A stretch of DNA of 64,000 bases from Eledone cirrhosa (lineage: Eukaryota): contig OZ024741.1 in the NCBI GenBank assembly GCA_964016885.1, forward strand, positions 70,122,001 through 70,186,000. Direction: 5' to 3'. Shown in pieces: positions 1 through 13,650 of this stretch; position 1 is the first letter of the stretch; every line of letters starts with the position of its first letter. The notes under the pieces are model-generated. The model ran no database searches. It was not told where the DNA came from and worked only from the letters and a program-made list of their open reading frames with translations. Made by a program: the position numbers and the translations under genes.

Positions 1-965
1 GAGTTAAAGTTTTGTAGGTGCTGTCGTGGTGGAATAGGGATTTGCTGGACATAAAAATGAAATAGAAAATAAATGAGGAGAAAAATGACTTAATCAAAAA
101 ATAAGAAAAGTTTGTGTTGTATGCGAAGATGTTAGTCATGGCATTTCGAAATTTCGAACGGAGAAGCCAAGAAATGTCTTTGATGAAAAGATCCTGCCTA
201 AAACAACATCAAAAATCATTTCTTTCTTCACGGCACTCGAACTACAAATTTTATACACAACTTAAGCAAATTTAGTTCAACATAAAAGTAACGTACTCTA
301 TGTGTGATACCCAGCTTGGAACTGTCTAACTCTCATTAGTGATTTACACGTATAACTCTGACACAAATATCAAAACATATCAATTCAGTCCGCCAGCATT
401 CATGGATATTATTTATTGTAGCTAAATTATATTAAACATACTGGCGCCACCGAATTGAACATTTTCTGCGTTGGCTCACTCCCTTACCCATATTACAACG
501 TGATTTGAACCAAACAATGGGGGGAGGGGGGCCTTAATAACATGGCACTATGTTGCATTATCTATCTAGGTATTTTTTTCTATCCGATGAGATAGACGTG
601 TTTACATCTTGAAACCAATAGTTATATAAACTTTGGCAATCTGCTATGGTTACTCCCGACTTCTCCTTCATGCGTTGATTGCTCTTCTCTATATACCCCT
701 CCCCCCCTTGTGTACTGAGTGCAACTATTGCACCACAGTGCACAGGACAGGATACGGAGAAGAAACCAACGATTTCGTTTGGTCTGGGCTAATTGTTTAA
801 TATTCGCACATAATCCTGAACTTACCACTGAAAACTAAATGTGTGTGCTCTGAATCACGAACTGGCACTTCGGAAGTGCAAGTCCCGTGCAAGTCCCGTG
901 AAATCATCGAGCGAGTGGGAAGGTTCGACGTACTAGCACAAACTCATTTTGTCCAGTTCAATACA

Positions 966-1243
<278 letters not shown>

Positions 1244-1244
1244 A

Positions 1245-1335
1245 AGCTCCTTCTATAAAATAAAAAAAATTTACTCTGCCATGTATTGAGTACCTTACTT
1301 ACTGTGGTTATCCCCGACTCAACCCGGGACCTACG
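1245..1335 (-). mobile_element. Short (TA)n-adjacent interspersed repeat (copies also ~19230-19310 and 35262-35360)
   Basis: Reverse complement TCCCGGGTTGAGTCGGGGATAACCACAGTAAGTAAGGTACTCAATACATGGCAG matches the copy at 35272-35328. Confidence 0.6.
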
Positions 1336-1450
1336 TATATATATATATATATATTAGTAGCAGTAGGGGTATGTATCTGTAATGCCTGGTGGAATTGTCG
1401 GGTTGGAATAATGACATACGGCGTTTCTTGTAATGATGTTAATAATAACT

Positions 1451-1830
1451 ATTTCTACTTTTGGCACAAGGCCAGCAAATATCCCAGTGCATTACTGGTA
1501 CTTTATTTTATCGACCCCGTAAGGATGAACGGCAAAATTAACTTCTGCGGGATTTGAAATCAGAACGTAAATGGCCATAATTCTATGCTGCAAGGCATGG
1601 CGTCCGACCGTCTACCTATATTGCCAATCCACCGCCCATGAGTTGATAATGATTGTTTCTACTTTTGGCACAAGGCCAGCAATTAACCAGTACATTACTG
1701 GTACTTTATTTTATCAACCCCGTAAGGATGAAAGGCAAAGTTAACCTCGACGGGATTTGAACTCAGACCGTAAAGGGACGTAACTATGCTAGAAAGCATG
1801 GCGTCCAACCCTCTACTGCCAATTCACCGT
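1451..1830 (-). mobile_element. Two tandem tRNA-derived SINEs (family A)
   Basis: Two copies of TTTCTACTTTTGGCACAAGGCCAGC..ACTGGTACTTTATTTTATCGACCCCGTAAGGATGAAAGGCAAAG..GGGATTTGAAC; minus strand shows A-box (TGGCARTATMGG) and B-box (GTTCAAATCC) like motifs. Confidence 0.9.
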
Positions 1831-1880
1831 CTATTACTGCCAATTCAATGATAATAGTAATATACACACTCGTATGTATG

Positions 1881-1925
<45 letters not shown>

Positions 1926-2000
1926 CACTTCTGTGTGTGTGTGTGTGTGTGTGTGTTACGTTGGCCCCACAGAAAGTTGCCATAACATTATAAAGCCTAA

Positions 2001-2140
2001 AGAAGTCGTCTGCTACATATGTATCATATATCGTCAGGCTGTATAGAAGTCGTCTGCTACACATGTATCATATCATATCGTCTGGCTATATAGAAGTCGT
2101 CTGCTAAACATGTATCATATCATATCGTCAGGCTATATAG
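2001..2140. repeat. Minisatellite, three 44-47 bp units
   Basis: AGAAGTCGTCTGCTA.A.ATGTATCATAT..ATCGTC.GGCT.TAT repeated at 2001, 2045, 2092. Confidence 0.85.
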
Positions 2141-2549
2141 AGAAAGAATGTCAGAGTTGACACTGGAAAAAAATATCCATTTGAAACTTTAAAACTGTAT
2201 ATAGCGCTGATATTGATATGGGATTTAGTATTGATTAATACGACAGAACGATTTGACTCTGAGAGATACTGAGAAAACAATAAGAGCTCAAAGTAAACTG
2301 GGTTTTAATAGTAGTTGTGAGTGTGGTGGGTGGTTTACAAGTGCCAACATGTCAAAATATAAGAGATCCCAAAGGAATACACTGTAAGCTGAGTAGAGCA
2401 ATTTCCAAAAAAGGGTAAAGTGAGTTAGATGGATACTATATCAACTCTTTCATTGTTCTTACATACAACATTAATGTAATAAGCTTAAAAGCTGTATCAT
2501 ATTGAAAAATGAACAAAACAAAGGAAAATCATCCAAAATGTGTTATGCA

Positions 2550-2998
<449 letters not shown>

Positions 2999-3137
2999 GG
3001 TTTGAGGTTCACCACTGTATAGAGCTGGTCTATTCCGTATGGTCAATCGTAATGCAATAATATAGAGAGTACTCAACGTAAAGTAGTTCAACCGTCTTTG
3101 TTTTTGTAGTTGGTGGTGCTATTACGGAGTTAAATAT

Positions 3138-3516
3138 TATAATGAAATGACAGGAGGCTGGATTTGTGTAAATCCTTGAAAGGTTTATTATACTATGATC
3201 ATTTCAATGACCGGGTTCCGTATGAATCCGGTGATATCATCAGGTATTCGAAATATAATACGTGAATGTAATAGGTAAAATCCATGGGGCTGAAAATCGG
3301 GACCCGAGGGCGACCGCTATTCTGTTCCTTCAACCTCAGCCGGTCGCCCTCGGGTCCCGATTTTCAGCCCCATGGATTTTACCTATTACATTCACGTATT
3401 ATATTTCGAATACCTGATGATATCACCGGATTCATACGGAACCCGGTCATTGAAATAAGTATAATAGTATAATAAACCTTTCAAGGATTTACACAAATCC
3501 AGCCTCCTGTCATTTC

Positions 3517-3523
<7 letters not shown>
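3138..3523. repeat. Near-perfect ~180 bp-arm palindrome containing a hammerhead-like core
   Basis: Arms 3138-3316 and 3341-3523 are reverse complements with a 24 nt spacer; CTGATGA at 3414, hairpin ACCGG..CCGGT, GAAA at 3452; abuts (TA)n. Confidence 0.9.
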
Positions 3524-3591
<68 letters not shown>

Positions 3592-3592
3592 G

Positions 3593-4088
3593 AAAAGTGT
3601 AATTTTCTACACAAAACGAAGGTTATAGAGAAAATTGAGGTTGGTAATGGCACATGGAATATATAAGAGACAGAATACTTTTTTGTGAAAAAACATAATT
3701 TTATAAGGTAAGGAAATAATAAAGGGTATAAAAAATGACCGGTTTCGATGGGTCTGCAAAAGCCATCTTTTCAAATGTTGATTAATATTAAGAAAAATTA
3801 ATAATACGAAGAGTTAAAATTTGAGATTTGAAAATTCAAGTATAAAATTCATTGTGGGATTTCATAGCAGTTTTCATCTAGGTAGCAACAACAAATTTTA
3901 ACTCTTCTTATTATTAATTTTTCTTAATATTAATCAACATTTGAAAAGATGGCTTTTGCAGACCCATCGAAACCGGTCATTTTTTATACCCTTTATTATT
4001 TCCTTACCTTATAAAATTATGTTTTTTCACAAAAAAGTATTCTGTCTCTTATATATTCCATGTGCCATTACCAACCTCAATTTTCTCT
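3593..4088. mobile_element. Penelope-like terminal-repeat island with fold-back and degenerate hammerhead
   Basis: Arms 3627-3823 / 3892-4088 inverted; TTGAAAA-GATGG..CCATC-GAAA-CCGGTC at 3941-3978; another copy at 10326-10618; flanked by (TA)n. Confidence 0.8.
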
Positions 4089-4276
4089 CTCTCTCTCTAT
4101 ATATATATATATTAAAATAACAGATTAAAGTTTAAGCAAAGAATCGCTGCTTTCACCCTTAACGGGATCTTCTGTTATTTTAATAAATATTTGCACTACG
4201 GTTCTTATATATTTTATATATATTTATCCTTATCGAGCCCTCTTTGGATTTTAGTCTTCAAATTTATTATTATTAT

Positions 4277-4317
<41 letters not shown>

Positions 4318-4325
4318 TATATGTG

Positions 4326-4432
<107 letters not shown>

Positions 4433-4984
4433 CATACCCAGCCAAAATAGAGGCGGAGATCTGACGCAGTTGGAGATAGCTTATAAAACATTACAGTTGA
4501 TCTAGACAACAACTGGAACAGAGGAAGGAGGAGGAGGAGAGGGAGGGAGTGGAGAAGAAAAAGACACACACTGTTAAAAATAAAATCCCGACACGAAAAA
4601 AAAAAAAAACCCCAAAAACAAGAAGAAATCAATAAGAAAACAAGCAAAGAGATACAATAGGGAAACCAAAATAATAAAATATAAAAGGTAATAATAATAA
4701 TAAATATTTAGTAGAAACAGGCGATCTAATTGTACACACACCGGGGAAGACAAACGTCCTAATGACTCATACGTTAGAAACACAAACACATGAAAGAATC
4801 GCGAAAAGAAATAAAAGACAGGACAATTGAAAAAATGAACACCACATGGGAATTACATAGCCAATTTTCTTAAAAGAATCAATAAACCGTAGAATGACAA
4901 AGAACAGATTTAACTTAGCTGGAAATATATATATACGGGGTAACAAATTATTTGTATAGCAAACCGTGTCACTCTTCTTTCCTG

Positions 4985-5051
<67 letters not shown>

Positions 5052-5057
<6 letters not shown>

Positions 5058-5450
5058 TATGTATACATACATATATGTATACAGACGTACAGTAGTATGT
5101 ATATATATATATAATATATATATATATACACGCACACATATATATATGTACGTATGGATTCACCGAACATTTATTATAATGCTCAATATTATACGTTGCT
5201 GACGATAGCTAATAAGCTTGAAACTAGTACAGCGTTCCTTTGTCAGTGTTGAACAAATGAGCAACGATGGTTGCTAGACACTGTACGGCTTAATTCGGGA
5301 TGTTTGTTTACAAATACACCGAGCATCATAATAAATGTTCGGTGAATCCATACGTATATATATATATATATATATATGTGCATGTATGTATATATACATA
5401 CTACTGTACGTCTGTATACATATATGTATGTACGTATACATACTTATATT
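5052..5450. mobile_element. Fold-back island in (TA)n with a hammerhead in the spacer
   Basis: Arms ~5052-5184 and ~5321-5450 inverted (TACGTATGGATTCACCGAACATTTATTA / TAATAAATGTTCGGTGAATCCATACGTA). Confidence 0.8.
5193..5235 (+). ncRNA. Minimal type-I hammerhead ribozyme motif
   Basis: Stem I ACGTTG/CAGCGT, core CTGACGA, stem II AGCT-AATA-AGCT (T-T closing mismatch), GAAA, palindromic stem III ACTAGT, GUA cleavage triplet. Confidence 0.75.
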
Positions 5451-5514
5451 TAAGTAACAGCCGTACTAAGAGTGAGAAATGAAATTTCGTTTCATTTTTT
5501 CATATATATATATA

Positions 5515-5672
5515 GGAAAAGAGTGAGGACACCGATGGCTGAGCTCCGGCCGTTTCCGCAGCTTCGCCGTCGGGGTTCTGACTCTTTTCCTATTACTCAC
5601 TCTACTACTCTAAGTATTGAGTACTCTGGTGCGTTATGGTCCACCTGGTATTTTATCACACCTTCTTTGTTA
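5515..5672. mobile_element. 'GACGGCTGAGCT' family island with short fold-back (copy 2)
   Basis: GGAAAAGAGT..GACACCGATGGC / GCCGTCGGGGTTCTGACTCTTTTCC arms plus the shared tail CTCTACTAC.CTAAGTATTGAGTACT.TGGTGCGTTATGGTCCACCTGG. Confidence 0.8.
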
Positions 5673-5769
5673 TATATATATATATATATATACATACAGA
5701 TATATATATATTTGTTTTTATATATATCAACTCGTGTGTTACTTTTCTACTTTCTCTCTTTCTCTCCCC

Positions 5770-5857
<88 letters not shown>

Positions 5858-5931
5858 TATATCAAACGTTAACCTAATATATACCTTCCATATACTGTAC
5901 CTATTGTGGTGTTATTTCTGTTTACCTTTTG

Positions 5932-5972
<41 letters not shown>

Positions 5973-5996
5973 TATATATATATAATATATACATAC

Positions 5997-6213
<217 letters not shown>

Positions 6214-6282
6214 TAATATATATATAATTATTAGCACCCGTCCGTTTCAAAAGACTATGAATTTGTGCGTGTTTGTAAATAA

Positions 6283-6325
<43 letters not shown>

Positions 6326-6667
6326 AAGATGTATGTATGTATATTTGTACGTATTGTATATTGAATAATATATGGGATGTTTATGTAAAACATTTGGAGG
6401 CCTTTTAAGGTTGTGACCATCGTCACACACCCAGCCTCAGACAAAACAGGGGGTAATAATCGACGCGTTTATCGAGATTACATATCTCCCCGTTTTTGTT
6501 GAGGCTAATGCAAGCTTGAATCTTATAGATTTCGGCCTATGATTATGAGCTGATGAAACTCATTTGCATACAGAGCGGTAGCTGGCCAGGGTTAAATTAA
6601 AGAATTGTATTGGTGCTCCAACGTAGCGATATACACACAAACTCTGTGCTATTTATGTTTATTCTTG

Positions 6668-6712
<45 letters not shown>

Positions 6713-6723
6713 ACACACATATA

Positions 6724-6762
<39 letters not shown>

Positions 6763-6794
<32 letters not shown>

Positions 6795-7953
6795 GTCGTT
6801 TGACGTCCATATTCCACGCTTGCATGGGTTTGGACGGGAGTTTTCCCACTTGAGGCAAGAGTGGTTGTCTTGCTCGCATAGGACTGTCTGGCAGGTTTTC
6901 TACAGTTGGATGCCCTTCCTAACACCAACCACATTTACAGTGTGGGCCTGGGAGGGTTTTACCGTGTTACCTGCATGGCCACATTACAGCGTGGACTGTG
7001 TGTTTTTTTGTCGTGACACCTACACGACCTCATTTGTTTCGGCCTGGATGTTGTGGCACCAATATAACTTTACATTGAAAGGGGCGGTATGGATGGGGTG
7101 GGGGTAGTGGGACGGGGGTGTATTTTGTTAGAGGTGCCTACTGACTGTAGTAGGTTTTACTTTGAATTTAGGTAAGGCGGGTCTTCTCTGTTACTGAGTA
7201 CCGCCAAAGATCTCGGTCCAGTGACATTGTCTTGGAGAGGTGTAAGTGTGTGAGGTCGGAATTTATCAAGTCGTCCCAGGTTTTTCTGGGTCTGCCTACT
7301 CCGTGGCTACCGTCTATTTTTATTGCCCTGCACTTTTTTATACAGCTGTCGTCTTTCATGCGCATCACGTGACCATACCAACGTAGCCTTCTCTCGAGTA
7401 AACAACATCTGATCCCTCATATTTCTAATTTTTCCCTTAGTTCGTTAATGCTTTGCCGTTCACGTATATTACTATTACACATCCAGCGGAGCATGCAAGC
7501 TTCGTTCCTCTCTAGTCTGCGTATATCCTCTGCACACAATGCCCAGGTCTCACTGCCATGCAACATTGCTGTTCGTATGCAGGCATCATACAGCCTGCCT
7601 TTCATTTTTAGGGAGAACCCTTTAGCAGCTAATAGTGGCATAAGCTCTCTGAACTTTTTCCATCCAGTTCTGACACTAGCTACTGTACTTTCAGAGCACC
7701 TTCCCCCACTGCTGATTTTGTCACCCAGGTAACGGAAGCTGTCCACTATTTCTATAGAACCATCTGTGCAATTGAAAGTATTCTGTGGGCACTTGCTGCT
7801 ACTTATTGCACCAGAGCACCGGCCACATATAAAATCTATGTTCTTAGTTAGCTTACCTGTGATCCCACTACATCTTTTATGCACCCATACTTTGCATTTG
7901 GGACATAAAATGGAGTTTCTACCTACGCCTTTCCTACACACTGAGCATAGCCA
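6763..7953 (-). mobile_element. 5'-truncated RTE (BovB-like) LINE: C-terminal ORF, 3' UTR and (ATG)n tail
   Basis: ORFs 7417-7941 and 7168-7368: CxxCRKGVGRNSILCxxCxxWVHKRCSGI, VDSFRYLGD, MLHGSETW, GRPRKTW; (CAT)n tail at 6763-6793. Confidence 0.92.
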
Positions 7954-8042
7954 TTATATATATATATATAAATATGTGTGTGTACGTGTGCATACTTACA
8001 TTTATGTATCAGTTGTGCTAGGGTGAGAAATAGAGTTCTAAT

Positions 8043-8107
<65 letters not shown>

Positions 8108-8369
8108 ACATTATACACATACATACATATATACATGAATAAATAGTCGGAAAATATAACAATATCACCACATACCCAATGACAGAATATATTAATTCTG
8201 AGTATAATTTATGCATTTAAACTAACTAGTGCAGTGTTGACCTTAATACGTTCCGCGAGATTAGGTGACTTTTAATAATGTTTAATACGAATATATTACA
8301 TGCTCTTGTTTTCTTTTTATTCGAATATATTTTCTTGTAAACCAATTTTTATCTCATCTATGTACTGGA

Positions 8370-8790
8370 TTTCCGTCGGTTCCGACGACGACTGCCTCAG
8401 TTGTTTAAACAACAGAACAGCCTGCTTATGAAATTAACGTGCAATAACTGAAAATTTTACAGAGATTCTGTTAAAAACGATCAACAAGATCCCAAACCTC
8501 ATTCGCTTACCAGCTGGGGTGGAAGTCGTCAAATCGGACCAAGGAAACAATGTTTCCTTTGGTCATTCTATTGCTGATACTATCTACTGGTCACAACTCC
8601 TGACAGAGATAGCAAAATGAAATAAAGTATCTTACGGATATGTGGACCCTTAACACTCTTCTCGTGGTGATTCAAGGTGATTCAGTGTATGACAAGACTG
8701 GCTTTTAAAATTGCAGGGACAATTTACAGTTACAAATTACAGGTACAAATTACAGGTACAACTGGAGCAACGTGAAATACAATGTCGAGT
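8370..8790 (-). mobile_element. Fragments of a second tRNA-derived SINE family (family B)
   Basis: AACAGCCTGCTTATGAAATTAACGTGCAA and ACTGGAGCAACGTGAAATA motifs, which recur at 24430, 50480-50750, 54270-54620, 59840 and 62210. Confidence 0.65.
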
Positions 8791-8909
8791 ATCGAATACA
8801 TGTTTTCATTTAATGTTATGTTTTATTAAAATGAGAGTAGAAGAATTTGTTATATATAACATGGGCATACACATATGTGCAGCAGCAAATATAATGACTA
8901 CGTATACAT

Positions 8910-9010
<101 letters not shown>

Positions 9011-9055
9011 CATTTGTGAGATGTGTGGGTAAAAGAGATAGAAACTGATGGAAAT

Positions 9056-9205
9056 AATTGTTTCTACTTTAGGCACAAGGCCAGCAATTTGGAGTGGAAG
9101 GGGAAGTCGATTAAATCAACCCCAGTACATTACTGGTGCTTTATTTTATCGACGCTGTAAGGATGAAAGGCAAAGCTAACCACGGCGGGAATTGAACTCA
9201 GGAAA
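9056..9205 (-). mobile_element. SINE family A
   Basis: Family A core motif. Confidence 0.85.
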
Positions 9206-9309
9206 CTGCTAGAAATAATGAGACTAACTGAGAGTAAGGGAAGCGGTACAGAAAAGGGGCACACGGAATTAATCGGATCGTCGTAGTAATAGAAATACAA
9301 ACAACAGTG

Positions 9310-9424
<115 letters not shown>

Positions 9425-9582
9425 ATACTAGACCACCGTGACCCGTTGTGTCACAATCACTTAAAAATAATTTTTAAATAATTAAGATATGCACAGACAT
9501 GCCTATAGTGTAAAATGAAATTGGAAGGCCCATATATATATACAGTATGTCTCTCTCTTCCATTTTCCTTCTCCCTATCTCC

Positions 9583-9644
<62 letters not shown>

Positions 9645-9825
9645 TATCTTCAGTTTCTGATGATATGATGGGGTCAACTTGTATTTTTAATTGAGTGGCA
9701 CTACTTTCAATGTTTAGCAATTTTTAGACAACTCTGTCAGTGAAACAATTGTTATACTGTAAATAAACCTCCTTGTTTGTACTGTTGACCATGTTATTCT
9801 CCATTTTTTCAACTTTATATATATA

Positions 9826-10262
9826 CTAGCAGAGGTACCCGGCGTGGCTCGGGTATTAAATAGCAGCTGTGTATACCATTTATGTCAATACTTCAGTGCT
9901 ACTTCGAAAACTATACTTTTACAAAATCATCGGCTTTTTCCAAAAGGGGGTTCCTGCCCCCAGGGGTCCCCTACTCAATATGTGCCAATTCTGAGAGTTC
10001 ACATTCATCTGTAGGACAAACGTAGCCCATGTGTCAAGTTTTGTGAAAATCGGTTGCGAACTCCAGAAGTTATGACGTTTTGTTGCATTGCACTGCAGTT
10101 CTTCAGTCGACTCCAAGGAAGTGGTTAAAGGGGGTTATCTGCCGGGAGGCCCTTTAATCAATATCTGTAAAAATGAAAGTGCCCATGACCAACTGGAGTA
10201 CATAAGTAACCTATGTCTTAAGTTTGGTGAAAATACTGTAGAAATGTATAAGGTTTATACAC
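9826..10262 (+). mobile_element. Helentron/DINE-like non-autonomous rolling-circle element
   Basis: Terminus ACTAGCAGAGGTACCCGGCGTGGCTCGGGTA (subterminal hairpin); two internal AAGTTT.GTGAAAAT repeats. Confidence 0.6.
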
Positions 10263-10325
10263 GCGCGCGCTCGTTCACTTCTCATTCACTACCAGAAAGG
10301 CACCCAGCAGTCAACGAGCTGCTAC

Positions 10326-10613
10326 CAAGATGAAAACTACTGTGAAATCCCACAATGAATTTTATACTTGAATTTTCAAATCTCAAATTTTAACTCTTCT
10401 TATTATTAATTTTTCTTAATATTAATCAACATTTGAAAAGATGGCTTTTGCAGACCCATCGAAACCGGTCATTTTTTATACCCTTTATTATTTCCTTACC
10501 TTATAAAATTATATGTTTTTTCACAAAAAAGTATTCTGTCTCTTATATTTTCCATGTGCCATTACCAACCTCAATTTTCTCTATAACCTTCGTTTTGTGT
10601 AGTAAATTACACT

Positions 10614-10618
<5 letters not shown>
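10326..10618 (+). mobile_element. Further copy of the 3593-4088 Penelope-like island (no fold-back)
   Basis: Near-identical to the reverse complement of 3593-3880; includes TTGAAAAGATGG..CCATCGAAACCGGTC; runs into (TA)n. Confidence 0.85.
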
Positions 10619-10656
<38 letters not shown>

Positions 10657-11080
10657 CGTCCAATTTATATAGTATATATATATATATATATATATTTATA
10701 TAAATAGGATGTTTATTAATCGAACATTATTATTAATATTCGAAAAACTCAGATTACATTTATATATATACAGAAAGAGGGAAAGGGAGAAGAGAAAGAG
10801 AGACAAAGACAGAAAGAAGGAAAGACTTCTCTATTACGAAACACATTTATATAAATATGGCAATTTTTGTTATTTTTCAATGTAAAATTTCCATATTTGC
10901 GGTATGCCCTAGTGTTGAGAGAGATATTGTTTGTTAAAGTATGTTAAACGATTATTGAAACAATGTTGTATATAACTCCCAAGGAAGTCGCATGATATCC
11001 AATGAGTATCACATATCAATTTCAATTCAACAGAGTTTTACGCCAAGCAGTCATATTTATGTATATAAATTTATGTGTAT

Positions 11081-11183
<103 letters not shown>

Positions 11184-11253
11184 ACACCACCTAATCATAC
11201 ACCCCAGAGAAATATTATAATAGCTGAATAAAGTTATGCACAGCTTCATATGG

Positions 11254-11324
<71 letters not shown>

Positions 11325-11617
11325 AGAGAGAAAGGGAGAAGAGAGGGAGAGACAATGACAGAAAGTGGGAAAGATTTCTCTATATAAACACTTTTATATA
11401 TATATATATATATTATATATATATAAGCAATGAGTTATTTTATTTGTTGATTATTCAACAAATTTAATTTATAACAGATTAGAAGCACTCAACGGTTTGA
11501 TAAATGGAAGCTATCTTTATAAAACCATATTTATTTTATTATATATATTTCAAGGGTACCAAATAGAACTCACAACATTAAGTTCTTGTGTGAATATGTC
11601 ACTATCTGAAAACCATG

Positions 11618-11678
11618 TATTTTATCTGATGAGAGCGTAGCAAAATTTTGGTATCCTTGAAATATATATAATAAAATA
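11618..11678 (+). ncRNA. Type-I hammerhead ribozyme motif within fold-back island 11500-11717
   Basis: Stem I TATTTTAT/ATAAAATA, CTGATGA, imperfect stem II GAGCGTAGCAA/TTGGTATCCTT, GAAA, stem III ATATATAT, AUA triplet; arms 11500-11563 / 11647-11717 inverted. Confidence 0.7.
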
Positions 11679-11764
11679 TAAAATAGATATGGTTTTATAA
11701 AGATAGCTTCCATTTATTGATATTATTGATATATATATATATATATATATCGGGGGCGGTCAAG

Positions 11765-11826
<62 letters not shown>

Positions 11827-11898
11827 GTAATAATAATAAATTTGAAGACTAAAATCCAAAGCACCGATTCTTTGCTTAAACTTTAATCTGTTATTTTA

Positions 11899-12010
<112 letters not shown>

Positions 12011-12253
12011 ACTCATATATATGCGTGTGTTTGTATGTGTGGGAAATTATAATCCGAAAAGATTCTGCTCGAACTTCATTTAATTCTGGTTGACGAATTT
12101 CTCTATGCATATATATATATATATGTATGTAGGTGTGTGTAGGTATGAATATGCATGTATATATAAATCTATATATAATGTATAAAAATATATATATATA
12201 AATGTATACGTATATATATATATGTATATATTTTTACAGAGAGGTGTGTGTGT

Positions 12254-12347
<94 letters not shown>

Positions 12348-12356
12348 CGTGCGTGC

Positions 12357-12399
<43 letters not shown>

Positions 12400-12809
12400 T
12401 GTGTGTGTGTGCAATATTGTGGTGTTTTGAGTATTTCTATAATATTAATTATCTATACTTGTGGAAAATTCCTTAGAGCAGTGATGACGAAAGATTTTAG
12501 TCCGACGTGTGGAAATATTAATTCTGGTTTTGTTTTGTTTTAAACTTAGGAAATGGCAATTATATTTTACAAAAAGAATTTAAACAATTATGGAAATGTG
12601 AAAAAAAGAATAAAAATAAAATTAAGTAATGAAAATAGGTGGAAGAGTAAGAAGGGCAGATCTGGCTGTATAGGAAAGTTGAGTAAAGGACTATAAATGC
12701 CATAAATGAGAGTAAAAGGAGGAAAAAAGCAGGCTACGAAAGAAAGGGAAGGGGAAGGGGAGAGGTAATAGGCAATATTAGGGGAGAGGTAATATGCAAA
12801 GGCTTTTTC

Positions 12810-13060
12810 GCGGATACCAGTGACACCCGCTGCAACAACCCCTCCACCTCGCGGGGATCCTTCCTCAGACGGGCTGCTGGTGTTCCGATTTTACGGAGGA
12901 GCTCAGTAGTACGGAATCCGAGGATGCCTGAGGTCTCGACGGTGACCTGTGCGAAGAGGAAGCAGCCAGACAAGCTGTCTTCCTCTCCTCTGTATTGCGG
13001 ACCGTAGTACCGGGGTTTGTGGTCGAAGTGACTAAGTTGGAGGTGGAGAATGTGTCAAAG
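12810..13060 (-). pseudogene. C-terminal restriction-like endonuclease fragment of a CRE-clade-like non-LTR retrotransposon
   Basis: DTFSTSNL..PGTTVRNTEERK and VTVETSGILGFRTTELLRKIG..RKDPREVEGLLQRVSL resemble the ETxGxxG..DPRE..LxQRxS motif. Confidence 0.65.
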
Positions 13061-13499
13061 CCTGTGTGGTTGGAGTGTCAGCTCCATGTATATACGGATT
13101 TTAATTTTAGTTATTGATAAATCTTATATAGAAGCCTTTTATAACTTGATATTGCAGTAAGATTTTTATATATACTTTTTCAATACATATAGCGTACCAT
13201 TGTTGACAAGAGTGTCATAGGCTTGGTTAGCCGTCACTGCTGTAGAGTATAAAATATTGTCTACTAAGGTTTTCGTCTCTTTTTGTGTGTGTGTGTGTGT
13301 ATGTTGTAGTTCATTACACTTGTTCCTCGTCGCAAGTACATGGTAAATCGACGGGAAATTCTCATATTTGGTGTCATGAATTTAAAAATTTAATGTTTTC
13401 TATCGAATTTATAAATAGCATTGGTCATTAATATCCTGATCATTAGTTTAAAATGCTTTTGCTTTCTTTTATTTTATTGGTAACAAGGTTGTTTTAGTT

Positions 13500-13650
13500 T
13501 AGTGCTGGCAGAATCGTTAGAACGCCGGACAAAATGCTTCGTAGTGTTTGAGTATGGTTTTTACGTTCAGGTTTAAAATCCCGCCAAGGTCATCTTTGCC
13601 TTTCATCCTTCCGTAATCAATAAAAGTACCAGTCAAGTATTGGGACCACT
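13500..13650 (+). mobile_element. SINE family A (diverged)
   Basis: TGGCAGAATCGTTAGA A-box-like head, then GCCTTTCATCCTT..AAGTACCAGT. Confidence 0.8.

Noticed and set aside
820-960. Minus-strand donor TG|GTAAGT at ~826 as an exon end
   Set aside because: No convincing reading frame; the region shares a 14-mer (GCCAGTTCGTGATT) with the 29894 element and may be repeat-derived
2001-2140. CTGACGA on the minus strand of the minisatellite units
   Set aside because: No downstream GAAA or stem III
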